Shown here in pieces: positions 18,911 to 28,689 of a stretch of 64,000 bases of DNA. The number at the start of each line of letters is the position of its first letter. The stretch's first letter is position 1. The notes below the pieces were generated by a model, which had not been told where the DNA came from, did not search any database, and worked only from the letters and a program-made list of their open reading frames with translations. The stretch comes from an uncultured Candidatus Saccharibacteria bacterium. GTDB lineage: Bacteria; Patescibacteriota; Minisyncoccia; Phycocordibacterales; JACOZG01. The position numbers were made by a program, and so were the translations under genes. Where the stretch lies: positions 480,632 to 544,631 of the forward strand of contig CAZYLF010000001.1 of NCBI GenBank assembly GCA_964648765.1, read 5' to 3'.

Positions 18911-19189
18911 ATGTCAGAATCTATCGAGCAACCTGAACTAATCTTGGAGCAAGGTTTAATTGATCAAGTTAGAGAGGCTTGGGCCGAGCGTATGGAAGAG
19001 ATTTATACTGATCCAAATACCCAAACTCCGCTCACCGAAGATCGTGTCGCTTTTATCGAAAAAATCAGGGGTGGTGAAAAAATTAACTGGAATACTTGGG
19101 AAGGGGATGCTTTGGTCAATTTGCCAATCATGCGGCGTTTACCAATCGACCAGATAGAGGCCTTAAGAAACTTGCTTTTGCACTTCTGA
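18911..19189 (+). CDS. Hypothetical protein
   Basis: 92-aa ORF with a good upstream promoter. Confidence 0.4.
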   Translation: MSESIEQPELILEQGLIDQVREAWAERMEEIYTDPNTQTPLTEDRVAFIEKIRGGEKINWNTWEGDALVNLPIMRRLPIDQIEALRNLLLHF

Positions 19190-19194
19190 TATTG

Positions 19195-19266
19195 TGACCC
19201 TACGCGGAATCGAACCGCGCTTTGAGCCTTGAGAAGGCTCCGTCCTAGCCGATAGACGATAGGGCC
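19195..19266 (-). tRNA. tRNA-Glu (anticodon CUC), CCA not encoded
   Basis: Hand-folded cloverleaf. Acceptor GGCCCTA/TAGGGTC (one GU pair); D-stem GTCT/GGAC; anticodon stem GAGCC/GGCTC with loop TTCTCAA (U33, CTC, A37); T-arm CGCGG-TTCGATT-CCGCG; discriminator A. Confidence 0.7.
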
Positions 19267-19360
19267 GTTTATTGACAGTTACAATAACATTTTTTAACTT
19301 TTCTGCAATTGGTGGCTTAGCTCTTTATTTTATTGCTTAGAGAACTTACAATTAATAATT

Positions 19361-20020
19361 ATGATCGAACACAAGAATATTAATGGTCTAGACTATTGGC
19401 AAAAAGGGGAGAAGCCGACAGTGCTAATTTTGAGTGGGATGCATGGCGATGAGTTTGGGGTTATTGAAGTGGTAAGGAATTATCTTGTTGCAAATGCGAA
19501 TATCTTACCAAACTTTCTCTATATTCCGGCTGTGAGCCCTAGTGCGGTACGTTTACGGACTAGAGTTAATGAGCGCGGCCTTGATCTCAACCGTTCATTT
19601 AAAGATTCTATTGTTGATCATGAAATTGATGCGATTAAGAAATTGCTTATGCCACATCGTTTTCAACTTTGTTTAGACTTTCATGAAGACCTTGAGCAAG
19701 TTAATGAATTTTATATGTACGATAGTGCTAAATTACCCGCTGATAATTTAGAAAAGTTGAGAGATAATTTACTTATAACTGGCGTAGAGTTATATTCCGG
19801 ACCAGATGACCCTCATGATTCAACTTTGAGTAATCACATTGAGCGAGGATATTTATCTTTACCTTTCTCTGAACATAAAGGTGAAAGTGGATTTTTTGGC
19901 ACATGGGCAAACCGAGCGGGGATTATTGAGAGAGAAGTAACGTTAGAAGTTCCAGGACAAGTGGCAGGGGAGTTAAAGAGCAAATTGGTAGAGGTGCTGT
20001 TTGGTTCCATAATGTTATAA
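19361..20020 (+). CDS. AstE/AspA-family (succinylglutamate desuccinylase/aspartoacylase-like, M14-type) zinc hydrolase, short form
   Basis: SGMHGDE (HxxE zinc site), DLNR and DFHE motifs in the spacing typical of the family. Only 219 aa, so the C-terminal domain is absent. Confidence 0.5.
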   Translation: MIEHKNINGLDYWQKGEKPTVLILSGMHGDEFGVIEVVRNYLVANANILPNFLYIPAVSPSAVRLRTRVNERGLDLNRSFKDSIVDHEIDAIKKLLMPHRFQLCLDFHEDLEQVNEFYMYDSAKLPADNLEKLRDNLLITGVELYSGPDDPHDSTLSNHIERGYLSLPFSEHKGESGFFGTWANRAGIIEREVTLEVPGQVAGELKSKLVEVLFGSIML

Positions 20021-20027
20021 TATTCAC

Positions 20028-22673
20028 ATGTCTTTGAAAGAAGCTGGGGTGCTTTGGTATCAGATGCCACTTAAGGTGGTAGAGGCCAAGCTGTTTTCAA
20101 ACTCGGTTGTTGGTCTTAATCACGCTCAAGTAGAGGCGCATCGCAGGCGTTATGGCGCCAATATTATTGAAGGTGGCAAACAACGGAGTCGGTTACTTCT
20201 ACTGTGGGATCAAATTAAAAGCCCTCTTGTTTTGGTGCTTTTTTTGGCGGGTTTAATAACTTTATTTTTAGGCGAGTACGCTAACTTTTTTGTAATATTT
20301 GCCGTGGTGGTGGCCAACACCGTGGTGGGCTTTACGCAAGAGGAGAAGTCCGCGCGAATTTTTAAAGATCTATCAGGCAATCTAAAATATTTTGTTCCAG
20401 TAATCAGGAATTCTGAAAAAAAGAATATTAATGTGGAGGAGCTAGTGCCAGGTGATCTAATCTCACTTTCTGCTGGTGAGCTGGTGCCGGCTGATGCGCG
20501 GCTGGTGGAATCTCGAAATTTGTCTGTAGATGAAGCGATTTTAACAGGGGAGTCGATGCCGGTTTCTAAAAACGCTCGGGAGATTGCTGAAGCTAATCGC
20601 ATTACTGATCAAATTAATATGGTCTGGAAGAGTACTTTAATTACTTCAGGCTCAGGTCTTGCCTTAGTAACCTCAATCGGCAGAGAAACAGAGATTGGTA
20701 AGATTGCTGAACTCACAGAAAGTTTAAATGAAACGGAAACGCCTTTTCAAAAAAGTATTAAAAAACTTTCATACTTCCTCACTTTAATTGTGACCGGCGC
20801 CACGCTCGTTATTTTTATTTTGGGTTTTGCTCGGGGAGTTCCATTTTGGGATTCATTACTCACTGCGATGGCTGTGGCAGTAGCAGCAATTCCTTCTGGC
20901 TTACCCATCGCCGTCACTGTGGTGCTCGCGTTTGGTGTGCAGTCTATTTTCCGTAAGGGTGGGCTAGTTAAAAATTTGACCGCTGTGGAGACTTTGGGAG
21001 GTGTAAGTACAATTATGACCGACAAAACAGGCACACTCACCAAGGCTGAAATGACAGTGGAGATTATTGCGCCGAGGAGTGATGTGATCTCTGACAGGCG
21101 TGATATTTTAGCTATGGCAATAGTGGCTACTGAAGGTTTTGTGGAAGCTGGTGAGAAGGTAAAAATAATTGGCCGACCAATCGAGCGGGCCATTATCAAA
21201 GCGGGTTTAGACATAGGGCTAAAGCAAACTGATTTATTGTCTGTAGAAAATCAAATTGATTTTCTCCCGTTTGATTCTCGTAGACGCTTTTCAGCTTCAC
21301 TTAATCAGAGTCTGGAAGGCAAACGTAAGCGTATATATGTCACCGGAGCCCCAGAGTTATTTTTAAATAAAGCTAAATATTATTATGTTGATGGCAAACC
21401 GAAACTGTTCAGTAAAATTCATCGTCAATTCTTTCATAACATTTTAAACACTCACGCTAAAAATATGGTGCGATTTGTGGCCACTGGTTACATTAGTGCC
21501 AATACTAAAAAAACTCTAGCGCACGATATGGAACTTGATGGTTTGGTATTTGGCGGTTTAATTGGTGTTAAAGACGAGATCCGTGCTGATGTGCGTGAGT
21601 CGATGCTTTTGGCGGAAAGTGCTGGCGCGCGCGTGGTGATGGTGACGGGTGACAATGAACTTACAGCCCTAGCCGTGGCTAAGGAGGTTGGGATTGGTGA
21701 GAATGACCTAAATGTGATATCGGGTGATGCTTTTGAAATTCCAGATAATGAACCGGTTAAACCTACAATAAACGAAACAAATGTTTTTGCCCGAATGCTC
21801 CCAGAGCAAAAGTTAAACTTACTCAAGTATTATCAGGCCGATGGTGAGATCGTGGCCATGACGGGGGACGGCGTAAATGATGCGCCGGCACTTAAGCATG
21901 CAGACATTGGCATAGCGCTTGGCTCTGGCACCGCGGTGGCTAAGGCTGCTTCAGATATGGTTCTTGTAAACAACAGTTTTAGCACGATTACTGCGGCTAT
22001 AAGAGAAGGACGAAGGATTTTAGATAATTTAAAAAAGATCGTTGCCTACTTACTCTCGACTGGTTTTAGTGAAATTGTGCTGGTGGGTGGAGCGTTACTT
22101 TTTGGCGCACCGATCCCGCTCTTTCCGATTCAAATAATTTGGAACAATATTATTGGTGAAGGTCTTATGACCTTTGCTTTTGCTTTTGAAGATGCTGAGG
22201 ATGACGTGATGAAGCGTAAACCTAAGCAAGCAGATCTTCGCCGCGTACTTACCCCTAATTTAATCTTTTTAATTATCGTTATTGCTACGATTACTGGATT
22301 AATAAGTTTGCTCACCTTCCTCTTTTTATTAAAAAATGGCATGCCGATTGAAAAATTACGGAGTATCATGTTTGTGATTCTCTCACTTGATTCACTTTAC
22401 TTCTCATTCTCACTTAAAAATCTTAAGCGTCCAATTTGGAAGATTAAACCATTCTCCAATCATTACTTAGTGGCGAGTTTTTTTGCTAGTCTGGGGATTT
22501 TATCCCTAACCTTTATTGTTCCTGGATTAAGTAAAATTCTTAGTCTTGTGCCACTTTCCTTCGCAGAAGTATTGATGATTATTGTGCTTGGCCTAATCAA
22601 TTTACTCTTAATTGAGGTAACTAAATTCATTAGTTTTTCATCTGGTTGGTTTGATGATAAGATGAGCCGATAA
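20028..22673 (+). CDS. P-type cation-transporting ATPase (type II, Ca2+/Mg2+-like)
   Basis: DKTGTLT phosphorylation site; TGES, MVTGDN and GDGVNDAPALK motifs; about 10 TM helices; 881 aa. Confidence 0.9.
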   Translation: MSLKEAGVLWYQMPLKVVEAKLFSNSVVGLNHAQVEAHRRRYGANIIEGGKQRSRLLLLWDQIKSPLVLVLFLAGLITLFLGEYANFFVIFAVVVANTVVGFTQEEKSARIFKDLSGNLKYFVPVIRNSEKKNINVEELVPGDLISLSAGELVPADARLVESRNLSVDEAILTGESMPVSKNAREIAEANRITDQINMVWKSTLITSGSGLALVTSIGRETEIGKIAELTESLNETETPFQKSIKKLSYFLTLIVTGATLVIFILGFARGVPFWDSLLTAMAVAVAAIPSGLPIAVTVVLAFGVQSIFRKGGLVKNLTAVETLGGVSTIMTDKTGTLTKAEMTVEIIAPRSDVISDRRDILAMAIVATEGFVEAGEKVKIIGRPIERAIIKAGLDIGLKQTDLLSVENQIDFLPFDSRRRFSASLNQSLEGKRKRIYVTGAPELFLNKAKYYYVDGKPKLFSKIHRQFFHNILNTHAKNMVRFVATGYISANTKKTLAHDMELDGLVFGGLIGVKDEIRADVRESMLLAESAGARVVMVTGDNELTALAVAKEVGIGENDLNVISGDAFEIPDNEPVKPTINETNVFARMLPEQKLNLLKYYQADGEIVAMTGDGVNDAPALKHADIGIALGSGTAVAKAASDMVLVNNSFSTITAAIREGRRILDNLKKIVAYLLSTGFSEIVLVGGALLFGAPIPLFPIQIIWNNIIGEGLMTFAFAFEDAEDDVMKRKPKQADLRRVLTPNLIFLIIVIATITGLISLLTFLFLLKNGMPIEKLRSIMFVILSLDSLYFSFSLKNLKRPIWKIKPFSNHYLVASFFASLGILSLTFIVPGLSKILSLVPLSFAEVLMIIVLGLINLLLIEVTKFISFSSGWFDDKMSR

Positions 22674-23728
22674 TGAGCGAAACCACGTATTATCTCCTAA
22701 TTATTTTGGCTTTGGCGGCCCTTAGTGTGTGGTTATACTTTCGGGCTAAAAAAGTCCCCGTTGCTAGTCGAGATGACGGCGCCTTAGTGCTAATGCAAAA
22801 TCAGCTCCACGAGCTTACGCGTTTGCTAGATAGCAAACTCACCGAGTCGAGCACCAATCTCCACCGCTCAATGCAAACGCAAAGTAGTGAGACCAATCGC
22901 ATTATCCGTGACGTGACGGAACGTTTAACTCGTTTAGATGAGACCAACAAGCAAGTGGTGGGCTTTACCGAGCAATTGCAATCACTTCAAGATATTTTAA
23001 AAAATCCTAAGCAGCGCGGGATTTTGGGTGAGTACTATTTGGAGACATTACTGAAAAATGTCTTGCCACCGGGAAATTACCAAATGCAATACGCGTTTAA
23101 AAATGGTGAGATTGTGGACGCTGCCGTGTTTGTAAAGGATAAAGTAATTCCGATTGACTCTAAATTTTCACTCGAAAATTACAATCGTTTAGTTGAAGAA
23201 AAAAATCAAGCTGAAAAGGATAAATTAGAAAAGATTTTTATTGGCGATCTTAAAAACCGAATTTTGGAGACTTCAAAATATATTCGCCCGTCAGAAAACA
23301 CAATGGACTTTGCCTTTATGTTTATTCCGCATGAGGCAATTTATTATGATCTTTTAATTAACAAAATTGGCGCAGTAACTGAGGATACTGAGAATTTGAT
23401 CCAGCGCGCCGCGAGTAAATATAAAGTAATTATTGTTTCGCCAACTTCATTTTTAGCCTATTTGCAAACGGTGCTTCAGGGACTTAAGGCGATGCAAATC
23501 GAGGAGCAAGCTAAAGATATTGTGAAGAGAGTAGAGGATTTGGGTAAGCATATTGGCGCCTATGAGCAATATATGCGCTCACTTGGTAGCTCACTCGGCA
23601 CCACAGTTAATCATTACAACAAGGCGTATAAAGAGTTGAAGAAGGTGGATAAGGATGTGATGCGAACAATTGGTGGCACCTCAGCCATGGACCCTTTGGC
23701 TATTCCACCGCCCGAGCTTGATGATTGA
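22673..23728 (+). CDS. rmuC: DNA recombination protein RmuC
   Basis: N-terminal TM, long coiled-coil, C-terminal nuclease-like domain (FAFMFIPHEAIYY). Confidence 0.7.
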   Translation: MSETTYYLLIILALAALSVWLYFRAKKVPVASRDDGALVLMQNQLHELTRLLDSKLTESSTNLHRSMQTQSSETNRIIRDVTERLTRLDETNKQVVGFTEQLQSLQDILKNPKQRGILGEYYLETLLKNVLPPGNYQMQYAFKNGEIVDAAVFVKDKVIPIDSKFSLENYNRLVEEKNQAEKDKLEKIFIGDLKNRILETSKYIRPSENTMDFAFMFIPHEAIYYDLLINKIGAVTEDTENLIQRAASKYKVIIVSPTSFLAYLQTVLQGLKAMQIEEQAKDIVKRVEDLGKHIGAYEQYMRSLGSSLGTTVNHYNKAYKELKKVDKDVMRTIGGTSAMDPLAIPPPELDD

Positions 23729-23778
23729 GGCCAATGTTGTGTATAATCAAAGATATTATTAATCTTAATTTTTAAATA

Positions 23779-24321
23779 ATGAACGGAGAACAAAATAGTG
23801 GTAAGGAAACAGGAATCGCCATTGCCATCGTGCTTTTACTGGCTCTTTTTTTAAGTGGGTATCTATCATTCCCTGGACCAGGCACTACCGCAAGCCAAAC
23901 AGCCTCTCTTGGTGAGGTGGCAAATAGAGTGGCAGGTACTGAAGAGAATACAGCCGTCTCGGGTGAGAATAATCAACTAGTTGTCACAATTACCAATCCT
24001 GGCACTGGCGCGGAGGTAAAGGCGGGGGATTCAGTTTCAATTAATTACCGAGCTAAGTTTGTGGATGGAAGAGAGTTTGATAACAGCTTCCAGCTTAATG
24101 CTCCATTTGTTTTTACTATTGGTGCTGGCGCTGTGATTCAAGGCGTTGAGTTAGGTATTTTAGGTGTAGGTGGTGAGAATGTGGGACCTATGAGGGTGGG
24201 AGAATCACGAACCATTTTTATCAGCCCAAGTTTAGCCTATGGCGAAGCTGGCTCACCCGAGGGCGTGGTACCTCCAAATACTCCGCTCGTCTTTGAAGTT
24301 GAACTTTTGGGAATTAATTAG
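23779..24321 (+). CDS. Membrane-anchored FKBP-type peptidyl-prolyl cis-trans isomerase
   Basis: N-terminal TM; FKBP domain VSINYRAKFVDGREFDNSF...FTIGAGAVIQGVELG...PLVFEVELLGI. Confidence 0.85.
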   Translation: MNGEQNSGKETGIAIAIVLLLALFLSGYLSFPGPGTTASQTASLGEVANRVAGTEENTAVSGENNQLVVTITNPGTGAEVKAGDSVSINYRAKFVDGREFDNSFQLNAPFVFTIGAGAVIQGVELGILGVGGENVGPMRVGESRTIFISPSLAYGEAGSPEGVVPPNTPLVFEVELLGIN

Positions 24322-24387
24322 TAATCACATACAAATACCACTCTGTCAACTAGAAAAGAGTGGTATTTTGTGTAGAATTTAGCAACT

Positions 24388-24702
24388 ATGAAATCAGCAG
24401 TAATTAAGACAGGGGGCAAGCAATATCTCGTTAAAGAGGGGGACACTTTGCGCGTGGAAAAGCTTGCTGACTTAAAGGTGGGAGATAAGGTGACTTTTGA
24501 CCAAGTTCTCATGACTTTAGATGGTGATAAGGCCACTTTAGGTAAGCCTCTAGTTGAGAAGGCTAATGTGGAAGCAGTAGTGCACGAGCAAGATCGCGCC
24601 GCTAAAGTTACAGTAATTAAATTTAAACAAAAAGTTCGTCAGCGCAATAAGCGCGGCCACCGCCAACCCTACACTGCGGTAACTATTAAGAAGATTAGTT
24701 AA
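24388..24702 (+). CDS. rplU: 50S ribosomal protein L21
   Basis: MKSAVIKTGGKQYLVKEGD is a typical L21 N-terminus; 104 aa. Confidence 0.9.
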   Translation: MKSAVIKTGGKQYLVKEGDTLRVEKLADLKVGDKVTFDQVLMTLDGDKATLGKPLVEKANVEAVVHEQDRAAKVTVIKFKQKVRQRNKRGHRQPYTAVTIKKIS

Positions 24703-24722
24703 GCAGAATTAATTTAAAATCT

Positions 24723-25355
24723 CTAAAGCGCTCGGCGATTGGCCAGAGCGTTTTTTAGTGTTGAGGAATCAGAATATTCGAGCTCTGTGCCGGTGGAGAG
24801 GCCGCGGCCGAGGACAGAGATTTTTAAGTCTTTAAAGTTCGCGATTTTGTGCAATTCAGTTTCTAAATATTCTGCGGTGTGATCACCTTCCACGCTGGCG
24901 GTGAGGGCAATAATAATTTCTTTAAGTTTGCCACTCTTTTGTAAACGATTTAAAAGGGCGACAAGTTCACGCCAGTTTAACTTCTCAAGTGGTGCCTTTT
25001 CTAAAATTGGCACAAGTCCACCAAGGATAAAAAATCTGCCCGAGTAAGTGCCAGAGCGTTCCACATTCTCCAAATCTACATCCTTCTCTACAATTAAAAT
25101 CGTTTCTTGATCGCGACCAGTTTCCGCGCATAGTTGGCAAAGGTTTTTTTGGCCACTCCCATTTAATGGGAAGTAGCGTTGGCAATCCGCGCAACGCGCC
25201 ACACTTCGCTTCAGCATTTCTAAATTTCTGATCAAACCATCAATCTCACCCGCGCCCTGATGGAGTAAATAATATACAAATCTTTTAGCCTGCCTCGGAC
25301 CAATGCCAGGGAAGTGGCGGAAGTGTTCAGCAATTTTACCTAATAAATCATTCAT
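24723..25355 (-). CDS. recR: Recombination protein RecR
   Basis: HhH N-terminus, C4 zinc finger (CxxC...CxxC), Toprim domain. Confidence 0.9.
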   Translation of the reverse strand: MNDLLGKIAEHFRHFPGIGPRQAKRFVYYLLHQGAGEIDGLIRNLEMLKRSVARCADCQRYFPLNGSGQKNLCQLCAETGRDQETILIVEKDVDLENVERSGTYSGRFFILGGLVPILEKAPLEKLNWRELVALLNRLQKSGKLKEIIIALTASVEGDHTAEYLETELHKIANFKDLKISVLGRGLSTGTELEYSDSSTLKNALANRRAL

Positions 25356-25358
25356 GAT

Positions 25359-26717
25359 TTAAAAGTCACCGAACGACTGTTTCTCCAGATCACAAAATGA
25401 CACGCGCTTCTCGTCGAAGTAGAGATCAGCTTTACCAGTAGGACCGTTACGATGCTTCTCGATCATAATCTCGGCAATATTTTTGCGATCAGAATTTTCA
25501 TCATACTTATCTTCACGATGGATAAACATCACCACGTCGGCATCTTGCTCAATGGATCCAGAGTCGCGGAGGTCGGAGAGGCGAGGTTTGCCACCGCGCT
25601 GTTCCACGTTACGACTGAGCTGTGAGAGAGCGAGCACGGGCACTTCAAGTTCACGGGCAAGAGCTTTAAGTGAACGGGAAATTTCGGTGACTTGTTGCAC
25701 AAGGTTGTCGCTTTCTTTCTTCGGCACCATGAGTTGGAGGTAGTCGACGATAATTAAAGATAAACCATTTTCGGCTTTTAAACGGCGCGCCACGGAGCGC
25801 ATGCGCGTGATGTTGTTTGAAGAATCGTCATCAATATAAATTGGTGCTTTTGAGAGCACATCTAAACTATCGCGGATGCGCGAGAATTCATCATCGGCTG
25901 AGAGTTTGCCGGTGCGGAGCTTCCACGAGTCCACGCGGCTTTCGGCGGCGATCAAGCGGTCCACAAGTTGCTGCGTGCTCATTTCAAGTGAGAAGATGGC
26001 CACAGGCAAATTCTCTTTAATCGCCACGTTCCGCGCAATGTCGAGCGCAAGCGAAGTTTTACCCATTGAGGGTCGCGCAGCGAGAATAATTAAATCGGAC
26101 TTTTGTAAGCCAGCCAGTTTGCTGTCTAGATCTTTAAAACCGATCGGCACACCGCGGATTCCTTCCTTAGACTTGTGCATATTCTCGAAGCGATCCCAAG
26201 CTTCGGTAAGCGTGTCTTTAATATGAATGAATGACTTTTTCGTAAAATTGGCTAAGCCTAAAATTGCCTTCTCTGCTTTGTCAATAATTGAGTCAACATC
26301 TTCAACCTCGTTGTAACCCAAACCTAAAATATAATCGGCGGACTCGATGAGCCCTCGCAATGAAGATTTCTTTTTTATTATCTCCGCGTAATAAAGCGCG
26401 TTGGAAGTGGAGGGGACGTTGTTAACTAGTTCCGCTAAATAACTTGAGCCACCAATTGAGTCGAGAACTTTAGCAGTTTTAAGATGTGAGGTTACGGAGA
26501 CGAGATCGATAGGATTATTGCCGCTTGCGAGCTCAAGCATGACTTTAAAAATCTTACGATGCTTCTCCGCGTAAAAGTCACGGACTTCGAGAACTTCTAA
26601 AATGTCATTTATAATTTGCGGTTTAAGCATTACTGCACCAAGAATTGCCACCTCCGCCGAGAGATCTTGTGGTGGTAATTTAAGGGGTCGATTTATTTGA
26701 TTTTCACGCTCTGCCAT
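25359..26717 (-). CDS. dnaB: Replicative DNA helicase DnaB
   Basis: DnaB N-domain followed by RecA-like domain with Walker A ARPSMGKTSLAL. Likely ATG at 26717 (MAERENQ); the track ORF extends to a TTG at 26762. Confidence 0.9.
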   Translation of the reverse strand: MAERENQINRPLKLPPQDLSAEVAILGAVMLKPQIINDILEVLEVRDFYAEKHRKIFKVMLELASGNNPIDLVSVTSHLKTAKVLDSIGGSSYLAELVNNVPSTSNALYYAEIIKKKSSLRGLIESADYILGLGYNEVEDVDSIIDKAEKAILGLANFTKKSFIHIKDTLTEAWDRFENMHKSKEGIRGVPIGFKDLDSKLAGLQKSDLIILAARPSMGKTSLALDIARNVAIKENLPVAIFSLEMSTQQLVDRLIAAESRVDSWKLRTGKLSADDEFSRIRDSLDVLSKAPIYIDDDSSNNITRMRSVARRLKAENGLSLIIVDYLQLMVPKKESDNLVQQVTEISRSLKALARELEVPVLALSQLSRNVEQRGGKPRLSDLRDSGSIEQDADVVMFIHREDKYDENSDRKNIAEIMIEKHRNGPTGKADLYFDEKRVSFCDLEKQSFGDF

Positions 26718-26762
26718 TGGCCTGATTGTATCACAATCGCCATCTTGCCCCGCAACCTCCAA

Positions 26763-27326
26763 ACAGGGGATTAAAGGGGGATAATTTTAAAGATCATAAC
26801 CCCCTTAATCCCCCTTACCTTAAGTGGGAAATAATATGGTACTTACGGTGTCGCATTTATCCTCCCCTTAGAGTAAGGGGAGTTAGAGGGGTTAGAAATT
26901 GTTACACTAATCTTGAGTTTGATCGTAAAAAAATAAATTTAAACAAAAAGAAAACCCGCTTGCCGATGACGACAAACGGATCTTCGTTTGTGCGCCTCGG
27001 AGGCGGGGTGTGTGGTCAGGCCTAGCTGAACAAGCTTAACCAGACTAGTGTTGCTAGGCGCTCCATCACCCTTTCAATTTGTTCTGTATCTCCAGATAGT
27101 ATGATCGCAAGCATGCATAGACAGGGTATGAATGCCAGCAAAAGAACAATCTCGAACAATAAAACAACAACGCATCGTGAAAATCTAACGAAAGTCATAA
27201 ATCCCCTGTGTAAGGATTTGAAAAATCTCGTAACCATGATCCTCTTCTCCTTCCTGTTACTATTCTCAAATGCGAACCACTTAGTCCGCTAACTATTTCG
27301 TAGGTTATCAGTTAATTTCTATTTTG
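26763..27326. other. Long (~560 bp) noncoding region with clustered G/C-run hairpins between dnaB (start) and cysS (end)
   Basis: GGGGATTAAAGGGGG...CCCCCTTAATCCCCC imperfect palindrome (26766-26814); CCCCTTAgagTAAGGGG perfect hairpin (26864-26880); GCGCCTCggaGGCG hairpin; GCCTAGC...GCTAGGC 7-bp stem (27029-27060). No long conserved ORF. Confidence 0.5.
27022..27237 (-). CDS. Hypothetical small membrane protein (71 aa) with strong SD
   Basis: AGGAAGGAGAAGAGG immediately upstream of ATG at 27237; one hydrophobic helix VVVLLFEIVLLLAFIPCLCMLAIIL. Confidence 0.35.
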   Translation of the reverse strand: MVTRFFKSLHRGFMTFVRFSRCVVVLLFEIVLLLAFIPCLCMLAIILSGDTEQIERVMERLATLVWLSLFS

Positions 27327-28613
27327 TCAACCTCGCGTAACCTTGGTCTCGGAGTCGGTGTCTTTGATGAGGTAGCCGAGGGATTCGATTTGGGCGCGCA
27401 GGGTGTCGGAAAGGGGCCAATTTTGGGCTTTACGGGCTTCTTCACGCTCTCTTACTAGCTTAGATACTTCAGCCGGAATTTCCTCAATTTCTGGCGTTTT
27501 TGAGAGGTTTAAACCAAAGACTTTATCGAATTCTAACCAAGTGGCTTTTTCATCGGCTGGATCAAGGTCGGTGGCTGAATCTATGATCGCTAAGGCTTTC
27601 GGCGTATTTAAATTATCTTCTAAACTTTCAATAAATTGCTGGCGCAAACTTTCATCAACTTTACCGCCGTCGGGCAAAGATGCCACGCGATTACGAATTT
27701 TATTTAAACGATTCTGCGCCGCTTGCACACTCTCATCTGTGTAATTTAAATCAGTTTGATAGTGCGCTTGAAGAACCAAATAACGGTAGGCGAGGGGATC
27801 AATATTTTTTTTCTTTAAATCGTTTAGTGTATAAAAATTATTGAGAGATTTACTCATCTTCTCATTATTAATATTTACGAAGTGTGAGTGAAGCCAATAT
27901 TTGGCGAGAGGTTTGCTGGTCGCGGCTAGAGCTTGCGCCAACTCATTTTCATGATGAGGGAAAATTAAATCAATCCCGCCGGTATGGATATCGATACTCT
28001 CACCAAGTAAATCTAAAATCATGGCCGCGCACTCGGTGTGCCAACCTGGTCGGCCTTTACTGAACGGTGCATCCCAAACTGTGTCACCATCCGTTTCTTT
28101 CCAAAATTTCCATAAAGCAAAATTTCCCTCGTCAGTTTTTTCTACTTTCCTAAATCTGCCATATTCGGAATCTTTAGCGAGTGAAAAATAAATTCCGTCT
28201 TCATCTTTTACTGCTTTACCGCTTTCAAGTAATCGTGAGATTAGGCTAATCATCTGCGCGATATAATCTGTGGCGCGCGGAGTAACGTCAGGCCTTAGCA
28301 TATTAATTTCCGACATTTCACTTAAAAATGCTTCTTCGTATTCTTTAGTAAAATCAAGTAATTTTTTGCCAGCTTTTTGACTGCCTAAAATGGTTTTATC
28401 ATCCACATCGGTAATGTTCATTACAGATTTAGTTTGGTAACCGAGATAATTTAAGGAGCGACGCAAAGTGTCGGAGAAGATAAATGATCGCCAATTGCCG
28501 ATATGTGGATAATCATAAACCGTTGGTCCGCATGTGTAGATCTTCACCACGTCAGATAGGGGAGTGAAGTCTTCAAGCTCGCGTGTCAGAGTGTTGTAAA
28601 GTTTTAACGACAT
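27327..28613 (-). CDS. cysS: Cysteinyl-tRNA synthetase
   Basis: CGPTVYDYPHIGN (HIGH), KMSKS, zinc-binding Cys; 428 aa. Confidence 0.9.
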   Translation of the reverse strand: MSLKLYNTLTRELEDFTPLSDVVKIYTCGPTVYDYPHIGNWRSFIFSDTLRRSLNYLGYQTKSVMNITDVDDKTILGSQKAGKKLLDFTKEYEEAFLSEMSEINMLRPDVTPRATDYIAQMISLISRLLESGKAVKDEDGIYFSLAKDSEYGRFRKVEKTDEGNFALWKFWKETDGDTVWDAPFSKGRPGWHTECAAMILDLLGESIDIHTGGIDLIFPHHENELAQALAATSKPLAKYWLHSHFVNINNEKMSKSLNNFYTLNDLKKKNIDPLAYRYLVLQAHYQTDLNYTDESVQAAQNRLNKIRNRVASLPDGGKVDESLRQQFIESLEDNLNTPKALAIIDSATDLDPADEKATWLEFDKVFGLNLSKTPEIEEIPAEVSKLVREREEARKAQNWPLSDTLRAQIESLGYLIKDTDSETKVTRG

Positions 28614-28689
28614 AATATTAATTATTATAACGTAATTTGCATAGACTTTCTATTTGACCAGTGAGTTGGAATTTGCGATAATTTAGATA

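Noticed and set aside
26763-27326. Calling an origin of replication from DnaA boxes in the dnaB upstream region
   Set aside because: Only two weak TTATCC(C/T)C words are present, with no cluster of consensus TTATCCACA boxes and no adjacent dnaA or AT-rich DUE. Gene-strand polarity fits a terminus better, so it is left as an open question in the findings.
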